Source of the DNA: Robiginitomaculum sp.
GTDB taxonomy: Bacteria > Pseudomonadota > Alphaproteobacteria > Caulobacterales > Maricaulaceae
Direction of reading: 5' to 3'
DNA: 64,000 bases
Assembly (NCBI GenBank): GCA_021647375.1
Contig: JAKIUV010000003.1
Coordinates: 5,528-69,527 of the forward strand
This document shows, piece after piece, positions 36,020-45,765 of the stretch. Numbering within the stretch: position 1 is the stretch's first letter; each line of letters starts with the position of its first letter. Position numbers and translations under genes: made by a program. The notes below the pieces were generated by a model, which made no database searches, had not been told where the DNA came from, and was given only the letters and a program-made list of their open reading frames with translations.

Positions 36020-37348
36020 TTGGGGATGTTTATGCGGGGTTTATTTCGGGTGTTTCGCGCTTTGCTGGTTGGTTTGGTTTTTAGCCTTACCGGGTTTTGC
36101 TTTTCTGTTACCGCTGTTGCCAAAACTATTGAGATAAAATCTGAAAACTTTGTATTTGTTGGCAATGTCCGCGAAAAAGACGGCAAGGCTCTGATCCTTG
36201 AATTGGAACAATACCGACAGGCGATTTTGCAAATTGTCGGCATTAAGGACATCAAGCCCGAAATCGTTCCTGTGCGCATATATGCGGTGAAAAGCTCAAA
36301 AGAGCTTAAACTCTTGACTGGCCGCACTGACATCGCTGGTGTTTATAAATCGACCATTGACGGCCCGGTGTTTATTCTCAACGCCAAAAGCGGCTTCAAG
36401 CGCGGCAAACGCGCCCGTTATATTGCCTTGCACGAGTTCACCCATCATCTTTTAGCGACCTATACCCGTGACCGATACCCGCTATGGTTCAATGAGGGAT
36501 TGGCTGATTATTATGCGACTTTTGAAGTTACCAAGGACGGCAATTTGGTGATTGGGCGACCTTATAACCCTTATGGTTATCCTTTGTCGCAACAGGTATG
36601 GATTCCGACAAATGTTATCGTTAATTCTGTCAATAATTACCCGTTCCAAAGCACAGGCCGTCGTGCGCGCGGCATGTCTACTCCGGATTTTTTCTATGCT
36701 CAAAGCTGGTTGGCCGTGCATTATATCAAGACAAATAAGCAAGAAAGCGCCAAGATGATCAATTATATTGGCTTGCTCAATGGGGGCAAGCGCTCTGTCC
36801 CTGCTTTTACTCAGGCCTTTGGGCAGACACCTGAGCAATATCACGACGTATTACGCCGCTATTTCCGCGCTAACAAATTTTCGACCATAACGGTTAAGCC
36901 GAATATTGATGTCAGAGAACACGACTTCACAGTGCGCGGCGTAGAGAAAGATGAAGCCTTGTTTCATTTAGCCGAAGCCATGCGGTTCTTTTCCTCGCAG
37001 AATGTCAAGACGGCAAAAATCGAAGCGCAATACGATAAAGCGGCCAAACTTTTGGGCGAGACCCCGCTCATTCTTGCTGCGCGGGCCGATCTTGCCAGTT
37101 GGGAAAATGACTATGTCCGCGCCACTGATTATTTAAACAAAGCTTTGGCGGTGGCACCCGATAATGCCGCAGTGCTGAAAACCGCAGGTATTGTGCTTGC
37201 TTATAAAAACCAGGAGCCGGAAAGCTCCGACTTGGCAGAGTTGAAGCTGGCACAAAAATATTTGAAACATGTGCTGGCGCGTAACCCAAACGATAAAGGC
37301 GCGAAACATTATCTGGGCAAGGTCGAATTTACCTTATCCATACGGTAG
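36020..37348 (+). CDS. secreted MA-clan zinc metallopeptidase-like protein with C-terminal TPR repeats
   Basis: Signal/anchor peptide. HEFTHH (HExxH) followed by WFNEGLADYY. TPR-like C-terminus. Confidence 0.55.
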   Translation: MGMFMRGLFRVFRALLVGLVFSLTGFCFSVTAVAKTIEIKSENFVFVGNVREKDGKALILELEQYRQAILQIVGIKDIKPEIVPVRIYAVKSSKELKLLTGRTDIAGVYKSTIDGPVFILNAKSGFKRGKRARYIALHEFTHHLLATYTRDRYPLWFNEGLADYYATFEVTKDGNLVIGRPYNPYGYPLSQQVWIPTNVIVNSVNNYPFQSTGRRARGMSTPDFFYAQSWLAVHYIKTNKQESAKMINYIGLLNGGKRSVPAFTQAFGQTPEQYHDVLRRYFRANKFSTITVKPNIDVREHDFTVRGVEKDEALFHLAEAMRFFSSQNVKTAKIEAQYDKAAKLLGETPLILAARADLASWENDYVRATDYLNKALAVAPDNAAVLKTAGIVLAYKNQEPESSDLAELKLAQKYLKHVLARNPNDKGAKHYLGKVEFTLSIR

Positions 37349-37349
37349 T

Positions 37350-37793
37350 TTATTGTCGCGACGGCCTCGCTATATCAAACTCGGCAAACGGGTTGGGTTC
37401 TATATCTTTACTCGCATTATGAAAGGCCAGGCCCATTTGCAGGCTTTTGGCTATACGCTCCGCCGTATCGTTGAAATGTTTTTGCTTGGCAGGCGATAAG
37501 GTCTGGGCGCCCGCTTTGGCAAATAATTCCAGCCAGCGGGTGAAATGCGCCGGGGTTAATCCGGGTAGGGGCGCATGTTTGGCCATAGGGTTGCCGGAAA
37601 ACCGCCCGGTTTTGAGAAATATCCCCGACCAAAAATCATTGATGTGGGTAATATGGGGCGTCCACTGGGCGTCGTCCGTACCAATCTTGGCAGCAAAGAC
37701 AGGCCCCAGCAATGCATCCTTGCGCACCCAAGTATAAAACACCTTGGTCAAGGCGGCAATATCGTCTTCGGTAATCGGTTCAGCACTCATCAT
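37350..37793 (-). CDS. group III truncated haemoglobin (Ctb-like)
   Basis: Aligns by eye with Campylobacter Ctb: FY..VRKD..LGPVF...IGT.D..W..H...I..FW....L....Y.G.P..KH..LP. Confidence 0.8.
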   Translation of the reverse strand: MMSAEPITEDDIAALTKVFYTWVRKDALLGPVFAAKIGTDDAQWTPHITHINDFWSGIFLKTGRFSGNPMAKHAPLPGLTPAHFTRWLELFAKAGAQTLSPAKQKHFNDTAERIAKSLQMGLAFHNASKDIEPNPFAEFDIARPSRQ

Positions 37794-37855
37794 AAAGGGG
37801 AGATACGCAGTTAGGTTAAAATTTCAACGCGACATTTTTGCATTAGCTCAAAACT

Positions 37856-38290
37856 CTATTTCAATGCCGTGCCGTAGGCGAAGATTTCTATTGACCCTAG
37901 GGAGCTTTGGGAATTTTTATAGACGCTGGCAGTTTCCAGCTTCAAATTGGAGATATGGTGCATGCCGAAATCTTCGGCCTGTTCTTTCATGCGCAAGACG
38001 GCCTCGCGCCGGGCGCGCTCTACAAGGCTGGTATAGGATTTTATCTGGCCGCCAAATATGCCGCGCAGAGCCGCCAATATACGTTTATAGTAATCAATAG
38101 AGACAACAACATTGCCGCTGACAAATACCGAATTGTTCATGCCGTCGGGGGCGTGTTTAATATTGGATGTGGTGATATAGGCCAGCGCGGTTTCGCGTTT
38201 TTGTAAATCGCTGAAATGCCGGGCTTCCTTATATCGCCCTACGAAAAACCCGAGCGCGAACAGACTTAAAAATATAGCTATATTGATCAT
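37856..38290 (-). CDS. membrane-anchored YbjQ/UPF0145-family protein
   Basis: N-terminal TM helix (MINIAIFLSLFALGFFV) plus a YbjQ-like core (IFGGQIKSYTSLVERARREA...EIFAYGTA). The start is 1 nt after the upstream stop. Confidence 0.6.
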   Translation of the reverse strand: MINIAIFLSLFALGFFVGRYKEARHFSDLQKRETALAYITTSNIKHAPDGMNNSVFVSGNVVVSIDYYKRILAALRGIFGGQIKSYTSLVERARREAVLRMKEQAEDFGMHHISNLKLETASVYKNSQSSLGSIEIFAYGTALK

Positions 38291-38291
38291 G

Positions 38292-38615
38292 TTAACGTAC
38301 CACGACCGCCGTACCGTACACATAAAGCTCGGAGGCTCCGGCGCTTATGGATGAGGTGGAAAACCGCACATTTAATATGGCATTAGCACCCAGACCTCGG
38401 GCTTCATCGACCATGCGGTCGATGCTTTGGTCGCGAGATTCCGTCAAAAGCTCCGTATAACCACGCAGCTCGCCGCCGACGATATTTTTAAACCCAGCCA
38501 TAATATCGCGGCCCACATGTTTGGCCCGTACCGTATTGCCTTGCACCATGCCGAGATGCTGTGTGATGGTTTTCCCCGGTAAAGTTTCAAGATTGGTTAT
38601 TTCGATGTCGCGCAT
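38292..38615 (-). CDS. YbjQ/UPF0145-family protein
   Basis: 107 aa: GMVQGNTVRAKHVGRDIMAGFKNIVGGELRGYTELL...ANAILNVRF...YGTAV. Confidence 0.8.
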   Translation of the reverse strand: MRDIEITNLETLPGKTITQHLGMVQGNTVRAKHVGRDIMAGFKNIVGGELRGYTELLTESRDQSIDRMVDEARGLGANAILNVRFSTSSISAGASELYVYGTAVVVR

Positions 38616-38711
38616 AGGAACTCCTTGTGTTGAGGTGCAAGGCTAATACAAGCAATCTTATATGCATAGCAAAAAAACCCCTTGACCTAGTCATAAAATT
38701 CCAGCATTTTA

Positions 38712-38840
38712 AAACTTCATCAAGACCAGTGGAGGGATAGGCCCTTTGAAGCTGGAGCAACCGACGGAATGTGAAGACATTTTGGAAAGGTGCTAAGTCC
38801 TACGGTAGGCCGTTTCATTGGTCGCTGGCAGATGAGGAAA
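38712..38840 (+). promoter_or_regulatory. SAM-I (S-box) riboswitch aptamer upstream of the met operon
   Basis: CUUCAUCAAGA-CCAGUGGAGGGAUAGGCCCUUUGAAGCUGGAGCAACC...GGAAAGGUGCUAAGUCC...CAGAUGAGG. P1 pairs CUUCAUC with GAUGAGG. Conserved GGAGGGA, GGCCC, GCAACC and AGGUGCUAA blocks are present. Confidence 0.75.
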
Positions 38841-38961
38841 GAGCAAAGCCGCTCCCAGCAGGGATAAGGCACATGCTTTTAACTTGCTCCTGTCATAGCC
38901 GTATTCTCTTAGTTACATGCTCTCGCTTTCAATTTCTGTGAGATGATTGCAGGAGCGCCTT

Positions 38962-39945
38962 ATGGCACAAGATGTAGAAATTGGTTTAGGTGATTTCGCC
39001 CTAGAACACGGCGGCGTGCTAAAGGACGACGTGGTGCAAGGCAGGCTGTACGGACGCCCAAAAAACCTTAAAGGTGCGCCTTTGGTTGTTGTGCCGGGCG
39101 GTATATCGGCATCACGCTTTGTTGCCGACGGTGTTGACGGCAAGGACGGTTCTGGCGGCTGGTGGTCGGACATGATTTATCCCGGCGGGCCGATTGATCT
39201 GAACCATGTACAGGTGTTGGGCTTCGACTGTGCGCCGGGCGGTGTGAATACCGATAAGCGCTTGACCATCACCACTAAAGACCAAGCTAAACGCTTGGCA
39301 GCTTTGCTGGATCATTTGAAAATTGAGTGTGTCCACAGTATTATCGGCATGAGTTACGGCGGCATGATTGCTTTGGCCTTTGCTCAGGATTTCCCAAACC
39401 GCGTGGAAAATTTGTGCGTTTTTGGTGCCGCCCATCGCCCTTGGCCAATGGGTGTTGCCCTGCGCGGTATCCAGCGCCGCACCATTGATATGGCCACCAA
39501 GCTTGGGGAGCCACTAGAAGGCCTAAAGCTTGCCCGCGAATTGGCCATGACCACTTACCGCTCCGCCGAAGAATTTAGCCAGCGGTTTAGTGCCGCGCCG
39601 AGCGGTGATAATCCGGCGCGTTTTGACGTGGGTGATTATCTGGAATCCCGTGGTCGGCACTATAAAAAAATCATGCCTGTAAACAGGTTTTTGGCTCTAT
39701 CGGAATCTATAGATTTACACCGTGTTGACCCAAAAAAAATCAGCGCCCACACAACCCTGATTGCCGTGAAATCAGACCAACTCGCCCCGCCGTCCGAAAT
39801 GCAGGCCTTGTGTGATGCCCTGGCCGGTCGCGCGAAGCTGCATGTCATTGACAGTATTTACGGCCACGATTCGTTTTTGAAGGCCACGGATCTTCTAGCA
39901 CCAATTCTAACCGATTTTATGGGAGGGGAGAGCCGTGCCGCTTAA
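38962..39945 (+). CDS. metX: homoserine O-acyltransferase (MetX-family alpha/beta hydrolase)
   Basis: GMSYGG nucleophile elbow, HDSFL, WWSDMIYPGGPID. AGGAG lies 6 nt before the ATG at 38962. Confidence 0.75.
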   Translation: MAQDVEIGLGDFALEHGGVLKDDVVQGRLYGRPKNLKGAPLVVVPGGISASRFVADGVDGKDGSGGWWSDMIYPGGPIDLNHVQVLGFDCAPGGVNTDKRLTITTKDQAKRLAALLDHLKIECVHSIIGMSYGGMIALAFAQDFPNRVENLCVFGAAHRPWPMGVALRGIQRRTIDMATKLGEPLEGLKLARELAMTTYRSAEEFSQRFSAAPSGDNPARFDVGDYLESRGRHYKKIMPVNRFLALSESIDLHRVDPKKISAHTTLIAVKSDQLAPPSEMQALCDALAGRAKLHVIDSIYGHDSFLKATDLLAPILTDFMGGESRAA

Positions 39946-41071
39946 ACCAGAAACGAAATGTGTCACCGCAGGCATTGGCCAAGACCAGGCCTATGGTGCC
40001 GTAACGCCGCCATTATACCTCAGCTCAACCTATACATTCCCCGGCTTTGGCGAGATGGGAAAATATGATTATGGGCGCGGTGGCAATCCCAACCGTGATG
40101 CTCTGGCAGATGCGATTTCTGACCTAGAGGGCGGTGCAGGTGGTGTGGTGACTTCGTCCGGCATGGCGGCCATAGATTTGGTGCTGAACCTTGTGCCCCA
40201 CGGCGGCTTGGTGCTGGCACCCCATGATTGTTATGGCGGCACATTTCGCCTGCTCTTAAGCCGCCAAGAACAAGGGCGGTTCAGGGTGGAATTTATCAAC
40301 CAAACCAAAGATAGATCGCCCGCAGAGATACGTGCCAAAAACCCGGATTTGGTTTTTATAGAAACACCGAGCAATCCGCTCATGCGGCTCAGCGATATTG
40401 CGGCACTGTCCAAAGCTACCCATGAGGTCGGCGCATTGGCCGTCTGCGATAACACGTTCTTATCGCCCGCACGCCAAACACCTTTGGCACTCGGCGCGGA
40501 TATTGTCGTCCATTCAACCACTAAATTCATCAATGGTCATAGTGATGTGGTCGGCGGAGCGGTTGTTGCCAAGTCCGAAGAATTGGCCGAAAAACTGGCT
40601 TGGTGGGCAAATTGCACGGGCGTAACAGGCGCGCCGTTCGATAGCTTCCTAACCTTGCGCGGCCTGCGCACACTACATGCCCGCATGGATGTGCAAGAGA
40701 AAAACGCCATAGAAATAGTGCAGTATTTACGCGGACATAAGTCCGTGAAATCTGTGCATTATCCGGACGGTATTTTAGCACAAAAACAACAATCCGGCTC
40801 CGGCGCCATGCTTAGCTTTGAGTTAAATGCAAAGTCGGAAGACCTGAAACATTTCTTTGCGGACACAGGTATTTTCCAATTCGCCGAGAGCCTTGGCGGT
40901 ACGGAAAGCCTGATTTGTCACCCCGCCACCATGACCCACCGCGCTATGAGCCAAGCGGACAGAGACGGTGCGGGTGTGAGCGATACCCTCGTGCGCATGT
41001 CCGTCGGTATGGAACACAAAGACGATTTGATCCGCGTCCTGACCACCATGTTTTCCAATCTGCAAAAGTAA
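39935..41071 (+). CDS. metB: cystathionine gamma-synthase / O-acylhomoserine sulfhydrylase family PLP enzyme
   Basis: Aligns with E. coli MetB (YGAVTPPLYLSSTYTF, GGNPNRDAL, LEGGAGGV). PLP lysine in STTKFINGHSD. GTG start overlaps metX. Confidence 0.8.
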   Translation: MPLKPETKCVTAGIGQDQAYGAVTPPLYLSSTYTFPGFGEMGKYDYGRGGNPNRDALADAISDLEGGAGGVVTSSGMAAIDLVLNLVPHGGLVLAPHDCYGGTFRLLLSRQEQGRFRVEFINQTKDRSPAEIRAKNPDLVFIETPSNPLMRLSDIAALSKATHEVGALAVCDNTFLSPARQTPLALGADIVVHSTTKFINGHSDVVGGAVVAKSEELAEKLAWWANCTGVTGAPFDSFLTLRGLRTLHARMDVQEKNAIEIVQYLRGHKSVKSVHYPDGILAQKQQSGSGAMLSFELNAKSEDLKHFFADTGIFQFAESLGGTESLICHPATMTHRAMSQADRDGAGVSDTLVRMSVGMEHKDDLIRVLTTMFSNLQK

Positions 41072-41080
41072 AGTAAATCC

Positions 41081-42040
41081 ATGATTATTGAAGAAACCAG
41101 AAATAACAAAGATGAATTTCGTCCCGCGCCGGGTACACTTGCCCGCGCCAGTGCGGGCGGTGGTCAAAACCTGAATATCAGCTTTGAGTTTTTCCCGCCC
41201 AAGACCAAAAAAATGGGCGAGACATTGTGGGCGTCCATCCAAAAACTGCAATCCTTAAACCCGGATTTTGTTTCCGTGACATATGGTGCAGGTGGCTCGA
41301 CCCGCGAACGCACCCACCAAACTGTGGCTCGCATTGCCCGCGAAACCAAGCTTGCCGCTGCCGCCCATCTAACCTGTGTCGGTGCGGACAAAGCCGAGAT
41401 CGATGAAATAGCCCGCGCCTATTGGCAGGCAGGGGTTCGCCATATTGTCGCCTTGCGCGGCGATCCTGTGGGCGGTTTGGGCGCTCCTTATGTGCCCCAT
41501 AAAAATGGCTATGCTTATGGGAGTGATTTGGTTGCGGGCCTCAAAGACGTGGCCGATTTTGAAATATCGGTTTCTGCCTATCCAGAGCTACACCCGGAAA
41601 GCCTGAACTGGGACGATGAGCTGGATAATCTCAAGCGCAAAATTGACGCGGGTGCAACCCGTGCCATCACCCAGTTTTTCTTCTCCGCAGACCCCTTCCT
41701 GCGCTATCAAGACAAGGCGCTGGACGCGGGTATTAACATCCCGATCATTCCCGGCCTGATGCTGCAACCCAATTATCGCGGCCTGACCCGTATCGCGAAA
41801 TTATGTTATATTTCCATCCCGGACTGGTATCATAATTTGTTCGAGCCGCTGGACGATGACCCGCAAACGCGCCTGCTCTTGACCGCATCAACGGCGGCAG
41901 ATTTAGCGGCGCAACTCCGGGCGCAGGGTGTCGAACATTTTCATTTCTATACGTTGAACAAAGCGGATTTGGCTTTCACTACATGTCAGATATTGGGCGT
42001 GAAAGCCAAAAATACTATTCAGAAAGCTGTTTCCTCATGA
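41081..42040 (+). CDS. metF: 5,10-methylenetetrahydrofolate reductase
   Basis: SFEFFPPKT, VSVTYGAGGSTR, HLTCVG, ALRGD motifs. Confidence 0.9.
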   Translation: MIIEETRNNKDEFRPAPGTLARASAGGGQNLNISFEFFPPKTKKMGETLWASIQKLQSLNPDFVSVTYGAGGSTRERTHQTVARIARETKLAAAAHLTCVGADKAEIDEIARAYWQAGVRHIVALRGDPVGGLGAPYVPHKNGYAYGSDLVAGLKDVADFEISVSAYPELHPESLNWDDELDNLKRKIDAGATRAITQFFFSADPFLRYQDKALDAGINIPIIPGLMLQPNYRGLTRIAKLCYISIPDWYHNLFEPLDDDPQTRLLLTASTAADLAAQLRAQGVEHFHFYTLNKADLAFTTCQILGVKAKNTIQKAVSS

Positions 42041-43092
42041 GCATTTGGCCAAAAATAGAACAAGCCATAAAAGACCGCGTCCTCATCCTCGACGGGGCTA
42101 TGGGAACGATGTTGCAAGCGTATAAATTGGGCGAAGAAGATTTTCGCGGCCAGGAATTTGCCGATTGGGCGACACCTCTGCGCGGCAATAATGATCTGTT
42201 GAACATCACCAAGCCAGATGCGGTGCGTGGTGTTCACGCCAGTTTTTTCGCCGCTGGTGCCGACCTGATCGAAACCAATACGTTTAACGCAACCACCATA
42301 AGCCAGTCTGATTATGGTCTGTCCGAACATGCAGGCGCAATTGCCAAGGCGGGCGCAAAAATTGCCCGCGCAGTGGCCGATGAATGGACGCGCAAAACGC
42401 CGGATAAACCCCGCGCCGTCCTCGGTGCGCTGGGGCCTTTATCCAAAACCCTGTCCCTGTCCCCCAAAGTGGAAGACCCCGGATTTCGGGAGGTGAATTT
42501 TGACCAGGTCGTTACCGCATATAAAATACAAATCGAAGCCATGTGGGGCTATGTAGATGCGCTCTTGATTGAAACTATATTCGATACCCTCAACGCCAAG
42601 GCGGCGATATTTGCGGCCAAAGAAATATTTGCGGCCAAAGGCCAAGACCTGCCCTTGATAATCTCCGGCACCATTACCGACAAATCCGGGCGCACGCTTT
42701 CGGGGCAAACCGTGGAAGCTTTTTGGCATTCTATTGCCCACGCCAACCCATTTGCAGTGGGGCTAAATTGTGCGCTGGGCGCCGAAGAAATGCGGCCCTA
42801 TGTGCAGGCTTTGGCCAAGATTGCAGACACATATATTCTGGCTTACCCCAATGCGGGCCTGCCCAATGCGTTCGGGGAATATGACGAAACCCCGCGCCAT
42901 ATGTGTAGCCATATGATGCCGTGGGTAGAAGACGGTTGGGTCAATATTATTGGTGGCTGTTGTGGCTCGACCCCTGCCCATATCGAAAAACTGGCGGACA
43001 AAGCCGGTAAATGCGCGCCGCGCAAAACGCCGGACATAAGCCCCGCTCTGTGTTTATCAGGCCTAGAGCCGTTCAGTTTAGGAGCTGCATAA
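42037..43092 (+). CDS. metH: methionine synthase, homocysteine-binding (S-methyltransferase) module as a separate 351-aa cistron
   Basis: [33 protein letters not shown] overlap with metF. Ends [12 protein letters not shown] at the E. coli MetH Hcy/pterin linker. Confidence 0.85.
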   Translation: MSIWPKIEQAIKDRVLILDGAMGTMLQAYKLGEEDFRGQEFADWATPLRGNNDLLNITKPDAVRGVHASFFAAGADLIETNTFNATTISQSDYGLSEHAGAIAKAGAKIARAVADEWTRKTPDKPRAVLGALGPLSKTLSLSPKVEDPGFREVNFDQVVTAYKIQIEAMWGYVDALLIETIFDTLNAKAAIFAAKEIFAAKGQDLPLIISGTITDKSGRTLSGQTVEAFWHSIAHANPFAVGLNCALGAEEMRPYVQALAKIADTYILAYPNAGLPNAFGEYDETPRHMCSHMMPWVEDGWVNIIGGCCGSTPAHIEKLADKAGKCAPRKTPDISPALCLSGLEPFSLGAA

Positions 43093-45722
43093 TGCAGGCC
43101 TCATCCAGTTTTATCAATATTGGTGAACGCACCAATGTGGCCGGCTCGGCCCGGTTCAAGCGCCTCATCGTTGACGGCGATTTTGAAGGGGCGCTTTCGG
43201 TTGCCCGCCAGCAGGTCGAGAACGGCGCACAGATTATCGACATCAATATGGACGACGGTCTGATTGACGGTGCCCAAGCCATGACCACATATCTGAACCT
43301 CCTAGCCAGCGAGCCAGACATTGCCCGTGTCCCCATCATGATTGATAGCTCGAAATGGGCGGTCATCGAAGCCGGGCTTAAATGTGTGCAGGGTAAATCC
43401 GTGGTCAATTCTATCTCGCTCAAGGAAGGCGAGAAACCGTTTTTGGAACAGGCCGAACTGGTACGCCGCTACGGTGCAGCTACGGTCATCATGGCGTTCG
43501 ATGAGGACGGGCAAGCGGAAACGGCGGACCACAAATTCGAGATTTGCAAGCGGGCTTATGATCTGTTGACGGCCAACGGTTTCCCGCCCCAGGACATTAT
43601 TTTTGATCCTAATATTTTCGCGGTCGCTACAGGTATAGAAGAACATAATGATTATGCCGTCGCTTTTTTCGAAGCGACACGCCGCATTAAAAAACACTTG
43701 CCCTATGCTCGCGTGTCGGGCGGATTATCTAATGTCAGCTTCTCGTTTCGCGGCAATAATCCGGTGCGCGAAGCCATGCACAGCGTGTTCCTCTACCACG
43801 CTATCAAAGCTGGCCTTGATATGGCCATTGTCAATGCGGGGCAGCTCACGATTTATGACCGCATACCCGATATTCTCAAACAGCGCGTTGAAGATGTTAT
43901 TCTCAATAAACGCGATGATGCAACGGACAGATTACTGGACGTGGCGCAGGATTATGCGGGCGGCAAAAGGGCACTTAAAAAAACCGACCTAAAATGGCGC
44001 AAAGATAGTGTCCGTGACCGGCTCGCCCATGCGCTGGTCAACGGTATCACCAAATACATCGTCAAGGACACGGAAGAGGCCCGCCAAAGCGTCGAGCGCC
44101 CGCTACACGTTATCGAAGGGCCGCTCATGGACGGTATGAACCAGGTCGGGGATTTGTTCGGGGCGGGTAAAATGTTCTTGCCGCAAGTGGTTAAATCCGC
44201 CCGAGTTATGAAACAGGCCGTGGCACATTTGATGCCCTATATGGACGCAGAGAAAAAATTGCTCGGCACCGAAGATGTCTCCAATGGCCGTATCGTCATG
44301 GCGACGGTCAAGGGCGATGTCCACGATATTGGCAAAAATATTGTCGGCGTGGTACTACAGTGCAACGGCTATGAAGTCATAGACCTGGGCGTCATGGTGC
44401 CGTGCGAGAAAATCTTAGAGACGGCCAAAGAGGTTAATGCAGATATTATCGGCCTGTCGGGCTTGATTACGCCGAGCCTCGACGAGATGGTATATGTGGC
44501 CGGGGAAATGCAAAGACAAGGCTTGAACCTGCCCTTGATGATCGGCGGTGCCACTACCAGCATCACCCACACGGCGGTCAAAATCGAACCTGCTTACACG
44601 GACAACAGCACTATATATGTGCAAGACGCATCACGTGCCGTGGGTGTGGTGACACATTTGCTGGGTGATAATGCGGATGTGTTCAAGCGCGAGACAAAAG
44701 CCAAATATGAAAAATCCCGTGCCGCCCATGCTCGTAGTCAATCAGGTAAAAAACGCCTGCCCATAGAGGCGGCTCGCGCCAATAAATGCGCTCTGGACTG
44801 GGACGGCTATCAAGCTCCGAAACCCAGTTTTACCGGGGCCAAAATTTTCAAAAATTATGATTTGAATATCGTGCGCCCCTATATTGACTGGACACCATTC
44901 TTTGCCACATGGGAGCTTAAGGGGCGGTATCCGGATATTCTGGAACACGCTATTTACGGCAAGGCGGCGCGGGATTTATACCGCGATGCACAGGCTATGC
45001 TGGATAAAATATTGGCGGAAAAATGGGTGCATGCCCAAGTCACGCTTGGTTTTTGGCCAGCGATTAGCGATGGGGATGATATTCAATTATTCACTGATGA
45101 AAGTCGCACCGATAAGCTGGCAACACTTCACACTTTGCGCCAGCAAATGGTCAAATCGGAAGGCCGCAAAAACTACGCCCTGTCGGATTTTGTTGCGCCC
45201 GACCCTATCAACCAAGATTATGTCGGCGGGTTTTGTGTGACTGCCGGGCTAGGGGAGGGCAGTCGCGTGCGCGACTTCAAGGCGGCGGATGATGATTATT
45301 CCGCCATATTATTCCAAGCACTTTGTGACCGTCTCGCCGAAGCTTTGGCCGAACATATGCACGAACGGGTGCGCCGCGAATTTTGGGGCTATGAAAAATC
45401 TGCCCGCTTCGGGGTTAAAGGATTGGTAGCCGAAGACTATATAGGCATCCGCCCCGCGCCGGGCTATCCGGCACAACCGGATCACACCGAAAAAGCCACA
45501 TTGTTTAAGCTTCTGGGCGGCGATGCGACAGGTGTAAAATTAACCGAAAGTTTCGCCATGCACCCGGCCTCTAGTGTGTCCGGTCTGTATTTTTCTCACC
45601 CCGATAGTCTATATTTTGGAGTCGGTAAAATAGAAAAAGACCAAGTTGAGGATTATGCCAAACGTAAAGGCATGGCTCTGTCCGAGGCCGAGAGGTGGTT
45701 GGCCCCGATTTTGAATTATTGA
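43092..45722 (+). CDS. metH: methionine synthase, pterin-binding + cobalamin-binding + AdoMet-activation modules (876 aa)
   Basis: [20 protein letters not shown]12 motif [12 protein letters not shown]-terminal reactivation domain. Start fused to the upstream stop (TAATG 43090-43094). Confidence 0.9.
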   Translation: MQASSSFINIGERTNVAGSARFKRLIVDGDFEGALSVARQQVENGAQIIDINMDDGLIDGAQAMTTYLNLLASEPDIARVPIMIDSSKWAVIEAGLKCVQGKSVVNSISLKEGEKPFLEQAELVRRYGAATVIMAFDEDGQAETADHKFEICKRAYDLLTANGFPPQDIIFDPNIFAVATGIEEHNDYAVAFFEATRRIKKHLPYARVSGGLSNVSFSFRGNNPVREAMHSVFLYHAIKAGLDMAIVNAGQLTIYDRIPDILKQRVEDVILNKRDDATDRLLDVAQDYAGGKRALKKTDLKWRKDSVRDRLAHALVNGITKYIVKDTEEARQSVERPLHVIEGPLMDGMNQVGDLFGAGKMFLPQVVKSARVMKQAVAHLMPYMDAEKKLLGTEDVSNGRIVMATVKGDVHDIGKNIVGVVLQCNGYEVIDLGVMVPCEKILETAKEVNADIIGLSGLITPSLDEMVYVAGEMQRQGLNLPLMIGGATTSITHTAVKIEPAYTDNSTIYVQDASRAVGVVTHLLGDNADVFKRETKAKYEKSRAAHARSQSGKKRLPIEAARANKCALDWDGYQAPKPSFTGAKIFKNYDLNIVRPYIDWTPFFATWELKGRYPDILEHAIYGKAARDLYRDAQAMLDKILAEKWVHAQVTLGFWPAISDGDDIQLFTDESRTDKLATLHTLRQQMVKSEGRKNYALSDFVAPDPINQDYVGGFCVTAGLGEGSRVRDFKAADDDYSAILFQALCDRLAEALAEHMHERVRREFWGYEKSARFGVKGLVAEDYIGIRPAPGYPAQPDHTEKATLFKLLGGDATGVKLTESFAMHPASSVSGLYFSHPDSLYFGVGKIEKDQVEDYAKRKGMALSEAERWLAPILNY

Positions 45723-45723
45723 T

Positions 45724-45753
45724 CTCCTTCCCCCATAAAAATGGGGGAAGGAG
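45724..45753. terminator. perfect 11-bp hairpin between convergent metH and gltB (no clear U-tract)
   Basis: ctccttccccc-ataaaaat-gggggaaggag. Confidence 0.45.
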
Positions 45754-45765
45754 AGATTAACTCAA

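Noticed and set aside
38650-38961. A SAM-II riboswitch, the class I would expect in alphaproteobacteria
   Set aside because: The sequence instead matches the four-way-junction SAM-I blocks (GGAGGGA, GGCCC, GCAACC, AGGUGCUAA) with a P1 closing helix. I could not fit a SAM-II pseudoknot pattern.
43011-43091. The upstream start (43011) for the second metH cistron
   Set aside because: The extra 27 residues ([27 protein letters not shown]) overlap the end of the first cistron out of frame and have no MetH homology. The ATG at 43092 aligns with the E. coli linker.
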